A stretch of 64,000 nt of DNA, from the IMG/VR virus record IMGVR_UViG_3300042484_000873, positions 1 to 64,000 of that record, one strand, 5' to 3'. The translations under genes and the position numbers were made by a program. The notes beneath the pieces are model-generated. The model was given only the letters and a program-made list of their open reading frames with translations, ran no database searches and had not been told where the DNA came from. Below are positions 6,951 through 17,121 of this stretch, piece by piece (the first letter of the stretch is position 1; the number at the start of each line of letters is the position of its first letter). This stretch comes from a virus.

Positions 6951-9845
6951 ATGGCAGATTTAAAATCAGTTACATCCGGACCTGGTAATAACCCTTGGGT
7001 ATCGACTGGCACATATGGCGTAAACGAACTTGGCGCAAGATATTTTCCTAATAGTAAAACCGACTTTTCTATTCAAAACATCATATACAAAGGTAACCCT
7101 ATAACTATTAGCGGTCCGTATGACAACGTAATAGATAAATTAGGTAAAGCACAGAATACTGCAGGCGAAGATCCAGCATATTGGAATGAAATAATTAATG
7201 AAGTAACAACTCAGAATAGTGAATTAATATCACAATATAATCAGCTAAACCCACCTCCCCCTTCTGAACCTATTCCACCTGCCACCGAGAATACTCCCAA
7301 TCCAAATAATCTAGGTGGAACACCCGCTGATGGTGATTTGAGCTATGATCCTAATGCCGCGGCACAAAATGCTAATAAAGCTAATTTGCCTACTGTTACC
7401 GGCAGTAATGAAATGGAGACAATGAATGACAGTTTTGCAGGAAAAACACAGGCAGGATCGTCAAATACTACAACGACTACTCCAGTACAAAAGAATGTAG
7501 GAAAAGATCCTAAACCAGGCACACGATTAAAAAACCCTTTAGGTAACTTCAGTAGTTACACATATCAACTTAGTTTGTATATGATAACGCCTGACGCACA
7601 TACAGCATTTGTTGCAAATGGCAGAAAAGATATCAATGCTTTTGCTAAATCCGGTGCTAACTCTGGTAGTGGTGGAGCATACTTAATTCTTCAAAGCGGA
7701 GGAGTTAACAACACACTAAATCAGCGTCCACCTGGAATGAATTTAGATTATTACATTGACGATTTAAGAATTACAAATGTAGTATCAACAAAGCAAACAG
7801 CTACATCAAGTAATATTACAAAAATTACTTTTAACATTGTTGAGCCAATTGGGTTTTCATTTACTACTAAATTAAAACGAGCACGTGAGGCATTACTAAA
7901 AACTAGTAAGATACCAAACATTGCAAAAGCTACAAATGCAAGTAAACAATTCTTTGTGTTAGGTATAAGATTTCAGGGATATGATGTAAACGGAGAACTA
8001 GTAAATGCCAGTAAGTATTTTAGTGATGATACATTTAATACTAGTCCTGATGCCAGTGGTGTTTATGAAAGATTCTATGACATATTATTTGAAAAGGTTA
8101 CTTTTAAATTGACAGGAGGCTCAACTGTTTACTCAGTTACAGCTAAAAATATTGCATCTGAAGTGGGATTACATGTTGCTAGGGGTACAGTTGATGCAAA
8201 CATTGAAGTAGTATCAGATACAGTTGGTGGAGCATTAAATGGTTCAGGACAAGGGGTAACTAGTTTATTTCAAACAATGAACAATAATATGAAAAAATCT
8301 GAAGATGCAAAAAAAAGAGAATTTCCAGATCAATACGCAGTTCGATTTGTTGGCTTAGGCTCAGATAATATTAAAGACGCACAATTAAAAAGTGAAGCAG
8401 ACATGGATAAGAAAAGATCATCACCTGGTCCTGCAAATAATGCAAATCAAGTTAATGATGCAACTGGACAAAGTGTTGCATATGATAAACAAAAAATAAA
8501 AATTAGCATTACTCAAGGTATGAGTGTATTACAAGCAATTGAAAAGATAATCAAACAAAGTACATACATGACAAATGCATTGGAGACATTGTTTGTTAGT
8601 GAAGAAACTCCCAATGCTAATACCGGATCACCCAATATAAAAGAACAAAAAGACCCTCCAAGATTACGATGGTACAATGTCAGTCCGGAAATTGAAGTAA
8701 TTGGATTTGACACAAAGATAAATGATTTTGCTTACAAAATAACATATGTAATTCAACCATACGATACTCCTGCCGCAACAAGTCCATATGGTAGAGCCGC
8801 AAAATATTATGGACCTCACAAGCGATATGATTATTGGTACACTGGAAAGAACAGTGAAATATTAAGCTATGAACAACAGCTTGATAATGCATTCTTTAAC
8901 ATAACATTTAATCCTAATGGAGATCCAGCCGCATCTGGTGGAAACGCTAAAGTTGCTCAGTTAGGTAACAAACCTACGACACAAGATAGAACAGGTAGAA
9001 TTACTCCAGGTGCAGAAGCAGAAAATACTTATATGACTAGCTTATTTGACCCTGGTTCATATGCACAAGCAAGAATTCAAATTTTAGGTGATCCTGATTA
9101 TCTAATGCGTGAAACTGCCGCCGGGGTTAATGAAGTATACAAACAATTTTATCAAAGTGATAATTTTACTATTAATCCAAATGGTGGACAAGTTTTTATT
9201 GAAATTGCATTTAATGAAGGTATTGATTATGATAACAACAACGGTACATTATCAATCAATGATAGTATATTCTTTTGGGATTATCCAGAAAGCGTCCGCT
9301 CAGGGCCTAATGCCTTAAAGGGTGTTAGTTACCAAGTGCGTGAATGCGAGAGTGTTTTCAAAGGTGGTAAGTTTACACAGACATTACAATTGCAAATCAA
9401 TGAGATGCCAGATGCAATCGAGGCAGCAGAAAAAGCCGCAACTGGCACAAGAGAGACAGCAGCCGCTGGTACTATTAACTCACCATTACTACCACTTAAC
9501 ACCGAGCGTACAGGATTATCACAAGCCGGCGATACTCCTACTCCGGGAACAAATGTTAATAACTCGTCTTCTGGTACTGGTCTAAAAAGTTACACATTAA
9601 CTAGACCGGGTAATAATTTACAAACAGTACCAGATGCTGACCCCATATCTCCGTTAACTGGAACTACTACAATTGGATCTATTTTTACCAATAATCCTAA
9701 TAACCCAACCGTAGCCAATGACGACACCGTTGCAGACGCCGGCAGCACTACTTCTGGATTTGCAAACTCATCTGACAATGAGGGTAGAGAAATATCTAAT
9801 ACAAATAATATCACTCCAACCGACACCCGTACGGGTGTTGTATAA
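6951..9845 (+). CDS. Putative baseplate hub protein
   Basis: Lies between gp53-like and gp5-like genes; NPLGNFSSYTYQLSL, YDYWYTGKN..ILS, ILGDP, FKGGKFTQTL motifs. Confidence 0.55.
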   Translation: MADLKSVTSGPGNNPWVSTGTYGVNELGARYFPNSKTDFSIQNIIYKGNPITISGPYDNVIDKLGKAQNTAGEDPAYWNEIINEVTTQNSELISQYNQLNPPPPSEPIPPATENTPNPNNLGGTPADGDLSYDPNAAAQNANKANLPTVTGSNEMETMNDSFAGKTQAGSSNTTTTTPVQKNVGKDPKPGTRLKNPLGNFSSYTYQLSLYMITPDAHTAFVANGRKDINAFAKSGANSGSGGAYLILQSGGVNNTLNQRPPGMNLDYYIDDLRITNVVSTKQTATSSNITKITFNIVEPIGFSFTTKLKRAREALLKTSKIPNIAKATNASKQFFVLGIRFQGYDVNGELVNASKYFSDDTFNTSPDASGVYERFYDILFEKVTFKLTGGSTVYSVTAKNIASEVGLHVARGTVDANIEVVSDTVGGALNGSGQGVTSLFQTMNNNMKKSEDAKKREFPDQYAVRFVGLGSDNIKDAQLKSEADMDKKRSSPGPANNANQVNDATGQSVAYDKQKIKISITQGMSVLQAIEKIIKQSTYMTNALETLFVSEETPNANTGSPNIKEQKDPPRLRWYNVSPEIEVIGFDTKINDFAYKITYVIQPYDTPAATSPYGRAAKYYGPHKRYDYWYTGKNSEILSYEQQLDNAFFNITFNPNGDPAASGGNAKVAQLGNKPTTQDRTGRITPGAEAENTYMTSLFDPGSYAQARIQILGDPDYLMRETAAGVNEVYKQFYQSDNFTINPNGGQVFIEIAFNEGIDYDNNNGTLSINDSIFFWDYPESVRSGPNALKGVSYQVRECESVFKGGKFTQTLQLQINEMPDAIEAAEKAATGTRETAAAGTINSPLLPLNTERTGLSQAGDTPTPGTNVNNSSSGTGLKSYTLTRPGNNLQTVPDADPISPLTGTTTIGSIFTNNPNNPTVANDDTVADAGSTTSGFANSSDNEGREISNTNNITPTDTRTGVV

Positions 9846-9859
9846 CAAGAGAATAAAAT

Positions 9860-12800
9860 ATGGCAACTAATGTATTCAAACCCAGAGGAGCAACAAGCGC
9901 ATCTAAACCAGATGCAGGCGGCGCAGTATTACGCTCAGTACCAGTATTTGGTGTAGTTAAAGATAACATCGATCCTATTCGTTCTGGTCGATTGCGTGTC
10001 TATATTGCTGAGATGGGTGGACAAGATCCCAATGATGCAGACTCATGGATAACAGTTAACTACATGACTCCCTTCTATGGATTAACTCAAGGTGATGCAC
10101 CTAAAGAAGGATACGGAACATACTTACAGAATCAAAGTGCTTATGGTATGTGGTTTGCACAGCCTGATATTGATACGACTGTAATTTGTTTATTCATAAA
10201 CGGTGATCCTGAATATGGTTATTGGATTGGGTGTGTACCTGAGCCAGAGGCATTATATACAGTGCCTGCTATGGGTTCTGCTGAGACAGTAGTTGTTAAT
10301 GCAAATGAAGGTAACAGTTACGGTGGTGCAACAAAACTACCGGTAGCTAACATTAATAAAAACAATCAGGCAATTAATGAATCACCTACATTCTTTAATC
10401 AGCCAAAGCCAGTACATAGTTATCTTGCTGGTGTATTAAATCAACAAGGTTTAATCAGAGACACAATTCGAGGTACGATAGGCACATCAGCACAGCGTGA
10501 AACACCAAGTCGTGTTGGTTGGGGTGTAAGTAGTCCTGGTCGCCCTATCTACGAAGGTGGATTTACAGATGAGACTGTAGCAGATGCGGCAAATCAAGGT
10601 AGCCAACAAACAGGGTTAAGAGTAGTAGCACGTAGAGCAGGCCATTCTATTGTAATGGATGATGGTGACTTAATTGGTCGTGACCAATTGATAAGACTGC
10701 GTACTAGTTTAGGACATCAAATATTAATGAGTGATGATGGTCAGTGCTTGCACATCATTCATGCTAACGGACAAAGTTGGGTAGAGTTGGGTAAAGAAGG
10801 TACGATTGATATGTACGCTACTAACTCAGTTAATATCAGAACACAAGGTGATTTGAATCTACATGCTGATAACAATATCAACATGCATGCCAAGAAAGAT
10901 TTAAACATCTATGCTGAAAATATTACAACAAATAGCGACAAGAAAACTAATATCAAAGTTGGAACTGACTACGCTACATCTGTAAATGGCAAAACAACAT
11001 TAAAATCAACTGGTGCAATGAGTTTAAAATCGTCTGGTGAAGCAAGTTTTGCTAGTACAAATAATACATTCATCAATGGTAAGAAAGTAAACTTGAACAC
11101 AGGTGAAGCATCAACAATACCAGAAGATGTTAAACCAATACCAACAAATGCACATACTGATACATTGTATGATTCACAAAAGGGTTGGGCGGCAGCGCCG
11201 GCGGCATTATTAAGTATTACTAGTAGAGCACCCTCTCATGCACCATGGGCTGCTGCAAATCAAGGTGTTGATGTTAAGATTAACAATGATGCAGATGCTA
11301 ACTTCCCAAGTAACCCGTCTCCGGCGGTACAAGCGGCAAACAATACAACAACTACTCCAACCGCCCCAGTCAGTGCTAGTGTAGCATCAACAGTTCCTGT
11401 TACAGGAGCAATAAGTGGAGCACTAGACAAGAATGCAACAACTGCTATGGTAGGACAAGTTGCAACAATTGCACAATCTGTTCCCAATGTTGCAGCCGCA
11501 ATTAAGAATGGTGCAGGGGTAGTAACATCAACAATTAATGGTGCTGTGCAAAATATAGCCGCAATTGGTAAAATGGCTCAATCACCTCAACAACTTGAAG
11601 CGGCTGGTGTACTTAAAGCAGGCGCGGGTGTACTTGTCTCTAACTTAGTTCAAGGTGGTAAGACAGTGCAACAAGCGTTGACTAGTAATATGTTTGCTGG
11701 CAAACCCGGAGCTGAAAACTTAACAAACTATTTGAACAATCCAACTGCTCAAGTAGCCACACAGGTAGCTAACTTTCAACAATCACAAGCACAATTAACT
11801 CAAGCTGGATTAATTACAGGTAAAGAAAGTGCAGGACAACTTGCGGGTATAGTAACAGCCGGCGCACTAGCAGGACCGGCGGCCGCAGTCAATGCAATTA
11901 AGTCAGCAGCCGGCACGTTAGGTCAATCAATTACAGGACCAATTGCTAACTTAGGTGGCGCCGCTAACAAACTATTAGGCGATGCAGCCAGTCAATTAGG
12001 AGCAGGTAACTTTGCAGGCAACTTAGCAAGTACTGTTACTGGAGGATTAAGTTCTATTGCGGGATCATTGAACGGTTTAGCAAAGAGTTTAACAGGTGGT
12101 GCAGAGAGTTTATTGAATTCTGCTAAAGGTATTGCAGGATCTGCATTTGCGGCAATTAAAAATTCATTCCCTACATTGACAGCAGGTGTACCACAGAATC
12201 TTAAACAGATTGCAGACCAAGCTACAGCAGCCGCACAGAATTCTGGAACAGAATTGCAAGCAAGTGTTACACAAGCAGCCAATTCATTCAATGTTTCAGG
12301 TGCAAATGCAGCCTCTATCGCATCGGGAGCGGCATCTTCTGCTATAAATGGTGCAGCCTCTAGTGTTAATAATTTAGTAAATAGCGCAGGAGCAGCCGTT
12401 ACAACAGCCGCAAATGCAATACAAGCAGGATTAACAAATGGTGCAAATTCACTATTACCTGCATCGGTGTCTACTGGTTTAGGTAACTTACCGGGAGCAC
12501 AAAAGGCAGTAGCTTCTGTTATAAATAATGCAAAAGGTGCACTGAATACAATACCAGGTACTGCTGGAATAACAGCGGCTTTAGGACAAGTTACAGCGGC
12601 ATTGGGATCAGGTGCCGCATTAGGTAATTTAGCCTCTGGATTACTAACATCACTTAAGAATCCCGGTGCTTCGTTACAAGCGTTGGCCTCTGCCGGATTG
12701 CCCGCTGGTGCCGCGGCACAATTGAATTCTGCAATAAGTTCATTGAACTCAGGTGGCGCATTACCAATCAAACTACCGGTAATTAGTACCAACACAGTAG

Positions 12801-13186
12801 ACAGAACAAATATCACAGCACAAATTGGTGCGGTGTTTGGTAGTTCAAAGATTCCTGTACCAAACTATAGTGGTAATCCTGCATCAACTGGGGAAACTGC
12901 GGGTACTTCTGCGGCTCAAAAACTTATACAAAAACAAGAAAAAATTAAAGATTTTGATACTAGAATTGCGGCTATTCTTGTTGAAGCAAAAGCAAAGCGG
13001 GCAGAATTTGACACGGCTGTAGAGGCTCACGTGGAGGCAAAAAATAACTTACCTGCAGGAGATCCAGCAATTGAAAGCACTTTAGCAATAGCAAAAGTTT
13101 TAGCAGAAGAACTGAAAACTATCAGAAAAAGAGGTTATGATATAATAGATGAAAAGTACACATTTATTAATTCGGCTACCGCATAA
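9860..13186 (+). CDS. Baseplate central spike (gp5/VgrG-like) with a long Ala/Gly-rich C-terminal extension
   Basis: OB-fold GVVKDNIDPIRSGRLRV, YGMWF..PD, beta-helix repeats GHSIVMDD/GHQILMSD, SHAPW. Confidence 0.8.
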   Translation: MATNVFKPRGATSASKPDAGGAVLRSVPVFGVVKDNIDPIRSGRLRVYIAEMGGQDPNDADSWITVNYMTPFYGLTQGDAPKEGYGTYLQNQSAYGMWFAQPDIDTTVICLFINGDPEYGYWIGCVPEPEALYTVPAMGSAETVVVNANEGNSYGGATKLPVANINKNNQAINESPTFFNQPKPVHSYLAGVLNQQGLIRDTIRGTIGTSAQRETPSRVGWGVSSPGRPIYEGGFTDETVADAANQGSQQTGLRVVARRAGHSIVMDDGDLIGRDQLIRLRTSLGHQILMSDDGQCLHIIHANGQSWVELGKEGTIDMYATNSVNIRTQGDLNLHADNNINMHAKKDLNIYAENITTNSDKKTNIKVGTDYATSVNGKTTLKSTGAMSLKSSGEASFASTNNTFINGKKVNLNTGEASTIPEDVKPIPTNAHTDTLYDSQKGWAAAPAALLSITSRAPSHAPWAAANQGVDVKINNDADANFPSNPSPAVQAANNTTTTPTAPVSASVASTVPVTGAISGALDKNATTAMVGQVATIAQSVPNVAAAIKNGAGVVTSTINGAVQNIAAIGKMAQSPQQLEAAGVLKAGAGVLVSNLVQGGKTVQQALTSNMFAGKPGAENLTNYLNNPTAQVATQVANFQQSQAQLTQAGLITGKESAGQLAGIVTAGALAGPAAAVNAIKSAAGTLGQSITGPIANLGGAANKLLGDAASQLGAGNFAGNLASTVTGGLSSIAGSLNGLAKSLTGGAESLLNSAKGIAGSAFAAIKNSFPTLTAGVPQNLKQIADQATAAAQNSGTELQASVTQAANSFNVSGANAASIASGAASSAINGAASSVNNLVNSAGAAVTTAANAIQAGLTNGANSLLPASVSTGLGNLPGAQKAVASVINNAKGALNTIPGTAGITAALGQVTAALGSGAALGNLASGLLTSLKNPGASLQALASAGLPAGAAAQLNSAISSLNSGGALPIKLPVISTNTVDRTNITAQIGAVFGSSKIPVPNYSGNPASTGETAGTSAAQKLIQKQEKIKDFDTRIAAILVEAKAKRAEFDTAVEAHVEAKNNLPAGDPAIESTLAIAKVLAEELKTIRKRGYDIIDEKYTFINSATA

Positions 13187-13189
13187 ATA
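13183..13189 (+). promoter_or_regulatory. Late promoter ATAAATA
   Basis: T4-late-like motif upstream of gp25 and an AGGA RBS. Confidence 0.6.
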
Positions 13190-13205
13190 TAATATAGGAT
13201 AAAAT

Positions 13206-13658
13206 ATGCCAACATATATAGGTTTTTCAACAATCAATGCTAATAGACCCAGAACTACTAATGCCCCACCTGGTAGTTCAGGCGGTACAGGTAGCATGGT
13301 ATATCCTATTATTCCGGGTAAAAAATTCAGAATGGTCGACGGTCCATTGGTATTAAGAGACTTTATCAACGCACTTAACATAAACAAAGGTGAAAAAGTG
13401 GGTCAACCCGGTTATGGAACTAATATTTGGTCTTATATCTTTGATCCAAATGACGCTGACACTCAGTTTAGAATTCAAACTGAAATACGACGTGTTGCCA
13501 GTTCAGATCCCAGAATATTATTAAATTCTGTCAAATCGTTTGTTCAACAAAACGGAATACTTTTAGAAGTAGAAGTTGCTATCCAGCCCTTCAATGATGC
13601 TTCTATTATTAATGTATTCTTCAACAACCTAACTAATCAAGCGTCTTTATCAACCTAA
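13206..13658 (+). CDS. Baseplate wedge subunit (gp25-like)
   Basis: NINKGEKVGQPGYGTNIWSYIFDP...DPRI gp25/GPW motif. Confidence 0.9.
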   Translation: MPTYIGFSTINANRPRTTNAPPGSSGGTGSMVYPIIPGKKFRMVDGPLVLRDFINALNINKGEKVGQPGYGTNIWSYIFDPNDADTQFRIQTEIRRVASSDPRILLNSVKSFVQQNGILLEVEVAIQPFNDASIINVFFNNLTNQASLST

Positions 13659-13664
13659 AAAACC

Positions 13665-13703
13665 GTTGTTTTCATTTAAGATAAATACTTAAAAGAGAAC
13701 AAC
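13665..13703 (+). promoter_or_regulatory. Late promoter ATAAATA (13681-13687) forming the loop of an inverted repeat that covers the gp6 RBS region
   Basis: GTTGTTTTC-A-TTTAAG [ATAAATA] CTTAAA-A-GAGAACAAC. Confidence 0.65.
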
Positions 13704-13704
13704 T

Positions 13705-16700
13705 ATGGCCACAAGTTCAAGACAATCAGCATTATTCGGCGTTAACGATTGGCAAGCAATCTACCAAACGTTCCGTGAAGCCGACTTCAGAAGTTATGAT
13801 TATGAGACCCTGCGTAAGAGTTTCATCGATTATCTACGTGCATACTACCCTGAAACATTCAATGACTACATTGACAGTTCAGAATTTATTGCCCTTATGG
13901 ACGTTATGGCGTTTATGGGACAGGGTTTAGCATTTCGAAATGACTTAAATACCCGTGAAAACTTCATTGATACTGCTGAACGCCGTGATAGTGTTATCAA
14001 ATTAGCTAACTTAGTAAGCTATAATCCAAAGCGTAATAACGCTGGTCAGGGTTATATTAAAGTAACAAGCATCCGCACTACTGAAAATATAACCGACATG
14101 AATGGTTTCAACTTAAGTAACCAAATTATTCTTTGGAATGATCCTGCAAATGTCAATTGGTTAGAGCAATTCAACACAGTAGTAAACGCTACGTTGGTTA
14201 ATAGCCAAAGAGTAGGTCGTCCTGGAAATAGTGCTACCTTACTAGGAGTTAAGACTGACGAATACAGTATCAACATTCCACCTAACAGCTTGCCCATCGC
14301 TCCTTTTAGTTCAGTAGTTGATACTATCAACATGACCTTTGAATTAGTATCTGTTACTAGTTTGGGTGAAGATTATGTTTACGAGATTCCACCTGCACCA
14401 AGCGGCCGTTTTAACATGATGTATCGCAACGACAAATTAGGTTACGGTAGTCCAAATACAGGATTCTTCTTCTACTTTAAACAAGGTGGATTACAGGCAT
14501 ACGATTTTAACTTAGCACAACAAATTTCAAACCAAGTTGTAGACATTGATATTCAAGGTATCAATAATACAGACACATGGTTATATCAATTAAACACTGA
14601 CAACGGCGGCAGTACACTTTGGAATCAAGTAGAAAGTGTATATGCTAACGCACAACTCCAAACAGAAACAAGCAACAAGAAAATCTTCAGTGTTGTCTCA
14701 CGTTTCAATGACCAAGTCAGTTATACTTTTGGTGATGGAGTATTTTCCGAAGCACCAGTTGGAACATTTAGATCATATGTACGTGCAGGTAATGCATTAA
14801 CATATACTATTGATCCTTCTGAAATGCAAGGTATTCAAGTAACGTTTCAGTATATTAGTCGAGCAGGCCGAACAGAGGCACTTACTATAGGACTAGAACT
14901 TCAATCAACAATATCAACAGCACAGGCTAGAGAAACACTAGCTGACATTAAACTACGTGCTCCTGCAAGATATTACACACAAAACAGAATGGTTAATGGC
15001 GAAGATTACAACAATTTCCCATACACATTATACAACTCAATTATTAAAAGCAAGGCTATTAATCGCAGTTCTGTTGGCGTGTCTAAGAACTTAGACTTAC
15101 TTGACCCTACCGGAAAATACTCCAGCACTAACTCATTTGCCAATGACGGTGGTTTGTATCAAAACAATGCAGACGGTTGGTTATTATTAACTATCACTAA
15201 CACTGGTGATATCATTCAATTTTTAACAGATACGTTAGCATCTGCGTTATCAAGCAATAGAGCAAAACAATATTACTTACAAAATTACACACGATATCCT
15301 ATAAATGTTGCATCAGGTGACGGTACAGTATATTGGAATACTAGCACAGTTAATGCTAATAGCATCACAGGTTATTTCTATAACATATCCGGATCAGCAG
15401 ATGTGCCTATTGCTATTGGTACATACTCAACTCAGAATGTAAAGTATATTACAAAAGGTGCAATGATAAAAGTTACTGCACCTAGTGGTTATTATTTTGA
15501 CAATAACAATAGACTTGTTGCAGGTATTGCTAGCCCAAGTGATACAACATATTTTTGGACTACTGCACTAGCAATTGTAGGTGACGGCTATAACAATGGT
15601 CAAGGTAACTTCAGCAACGGCACCGGACCGGTAACGTTAAATGGTTATGTACCTGATGGTGCAATTATCACTGAAGTAATTCCTGCATTCAGTAACACAT
15701 TACCAAATCTTGTATTACAAGAATGTATTACTAGAATGGAATTAAATCAAGACTTCAGTTTAGTGTTTAACAATTCATTGTTAGTAACACAGAATCGTTG
15801 GTCAGTTGAAAACTTTAATGCTAATAATTGGTTTGTAAATTTTGAAAGCACTGGTGACAATACCTACAGAATTTATTATAGAGCACTACGATATTATTTT
15901 GGTAGTGTAGCTGACACTCGCTTTTGGTACGAAACAGGTAAACTTGTTTATGACCCGGTAACTGGTAAAATTTTAGCAGACAATGTTAAAGTACTAGCAA
16001 CAAATACACAACCAGATAGTAACTACCCATTAGCTAAACCAGTAGATGTTGTAGTTATTAGTCAGACTGTTGAGAGTGACGGATATGTTAACGACTTTGA
16101 AGTAGAAGTTGCTAGTATAGATGTTAACAATACTGAAATTATTCTTGACCCTGACTTCTTCCAAAAAGTTACTGGATACGTTACAGGATCAACTAACATT
16201 GGTATATACTCATTCTTTGAATTGATTCAAGATGCAGTTAACCTATCACGATATCAATTAATCGATTCGTCTAACGTTGCATATCAATATCCAAATCAAT
16301 CTGCAATTGAAGTTGTTAAGTATGAATATCCTTTAGGACAATTGTTTTACGCATACAATGAAACTGATTCAAATGGACTGTATAATGTGTTCTACACAAC
16401 AGTGCAAGATACCACAGTAACAACACCTTTTTATATTGTTACATTACAGCCCCAGTATTCAATGCAACCAGGTCGTCAAGGATTGCAGTTCCAATATAAG
16501 CACAACAGTAACAATACAACACGTATTGATCCTGCAACTACAAACATTATTGATTTGTATTTGGTAACACAGGCTTATTATACTGCATATCAGAATTGGA
16601 TACAAGATACAACAAACACTGTACCTAAACCAGCGGTGCCAACAATCAACGAACTACAACAAGCATATGGTCGTATTGATGATTATAAGATGTTAACTGA

Positions 16701-17097
16701 TAGCGTGATATTAAACAGTGTTCGTTTTCTTCCATTGTTTGGTTCTAAAGCACCTGAACAATTACGCGGCACTGTCAAAGTTATTCCATCACAAAACACT
16801 AGCGCAAGTAATAGTGAAATACGTAGTGCAGTATTATCTGCAATGAATAGTTATTTCAATATTAACAATTGGAGTTTTGGTGATACGTTCTACTTCTCAG
16901 AGTTGAGTGCATACTTGCACACACAATTAGGTGATTTAGTAAGCTCAATTGTTTTAGTACCTAATGACCCTACAATGTCATTTGGAGATTTGTATGAAAT
17001 CAAATCAGCGCCATTTGAAATTTTTGTTAATGGTGCAACAGCAAATGATGTGGTTGTAATTGCGGCTTTAACTCCCGTACAATTACAAATAAGATAA
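13705..17097 (+). CDS. Baseplate wedge subunit (gp6-like)
   Basis: YDYETLRK..IDYL, ENFIDTAERRDSV..LA...SY.P, FGDG, ETLADIK..AP..YYTQNRMV..EDY. Confidence 0.9.
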   Translation: MATSSRQSALFGVNDWQAIYQTFREADFRSYDYETLRKSFIDYLRAYYPETFNDYIDSSEFIALMDVMAFMGQGLAFRNDLNTRENFIDTAERRDSVIKLANLVSYNPKRNNAGQGYIKVTSIRTTENITDMNGFNLSNQIILWNDPANVNWLEQFNTVVNATLVNSQRVGRPGNSATLLGVKTDEYSINIPPNSLPIAPFSSVVDTINMTFELVSVTSLGEDYVYEIPPAPSGRFNMMYRNDKLGYGSPNTGFFFYFKQGGLQAYDFNLAQQISNQVVDIDIQGINNTDTWLYQLNTDNGGSTLWNQVESVYANAQLQTETSNKKIFSVVSRFNDQVSYTFGDGVFSEAPVGTFRSYVRAGNALTYTIDPSEMQGIQVTFQYISRAGRTEALTIGLELQSTISTAQARETLADIKLRAPARYYTQNRMVNGEDYNNFPYTLYNSIIKSKAINRSSVGVSKNLDLLDPTGKYSSTNSFANDGGLYQNNADGWLLLTITNTGDIIQFLTDTLASALSSNRAKQYYLQNYTRYPINVASGDGTVYWNTSTVNANSITGYFYNISGSADVPIAIGTYSTQNVKYITKGAMIKVTAPSGYYFDNNNRLVAGIASPSDTTYFWTTALAIVGDGYNNGQGNFSNGTGPVTLNGYVPDGAIITEVIPAFSNTLPNLVLQECITRMELNQDFSLVFNNSLLVTQNRWSVENFNANNWFVNFESTGDNTYRIYYRALRYYFGSVADTRFWYETGKLVYDPVTGKILADNVKVLATNTQPDSNYPLAKPVDVVVISQTVESDGYVNDFEVEVASIDVNNTEIILDPDFFQKVTGYVTGSTNIGIYSFFELIQDAVNLSRYQLIDSSNVAYQYPNQSAIEVVKYEYPLGQLFYAYNETDSNGLYNVFYTTVQDTTVTTPFYIVTLQPQYSMQPGRQGLQFQYKHNSNNTTRIDPATTNIIDLYLVTQAYYTAYQNWIQDTTNTVPKPAVPTINELQQAYGRIDDYKMLTDSVILNSVRFLPLFGSKAPEQLRGTVKVIPSQNTSASNSEIRSAVLSAMNSYFNINNWSFGDTFYFSELSAYLHTQLGDLVSSIVLVPNDPTMSFGDLYEIKSAPFEIFVNGATANDVVVIAALTPVQLQIR

Positions 17098-17100
17098 GTA
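17094..17100 (+). promoter_or_regulatory. Late promoter variant ATAAGTA
   Basis: Directly upstream of the giant structural gene. Confidence 0.55.
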
Positions 17101-17121
17101 TATAACAACTAGAGAGTTATA

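Noticed and set aside
11992-12816. 274-aa antisense ORF inside the spike gene
   Set aside because: Shadow of Ala/Gly-rich codons on the coding strand; no RBS or motif.
4992-17097. Bacterial T6SS or extracellular contractile injection system
   Set aside because: Neighbouring gp46, gp47, gp55 and T4-late-like promoters indicate a phage tail module.
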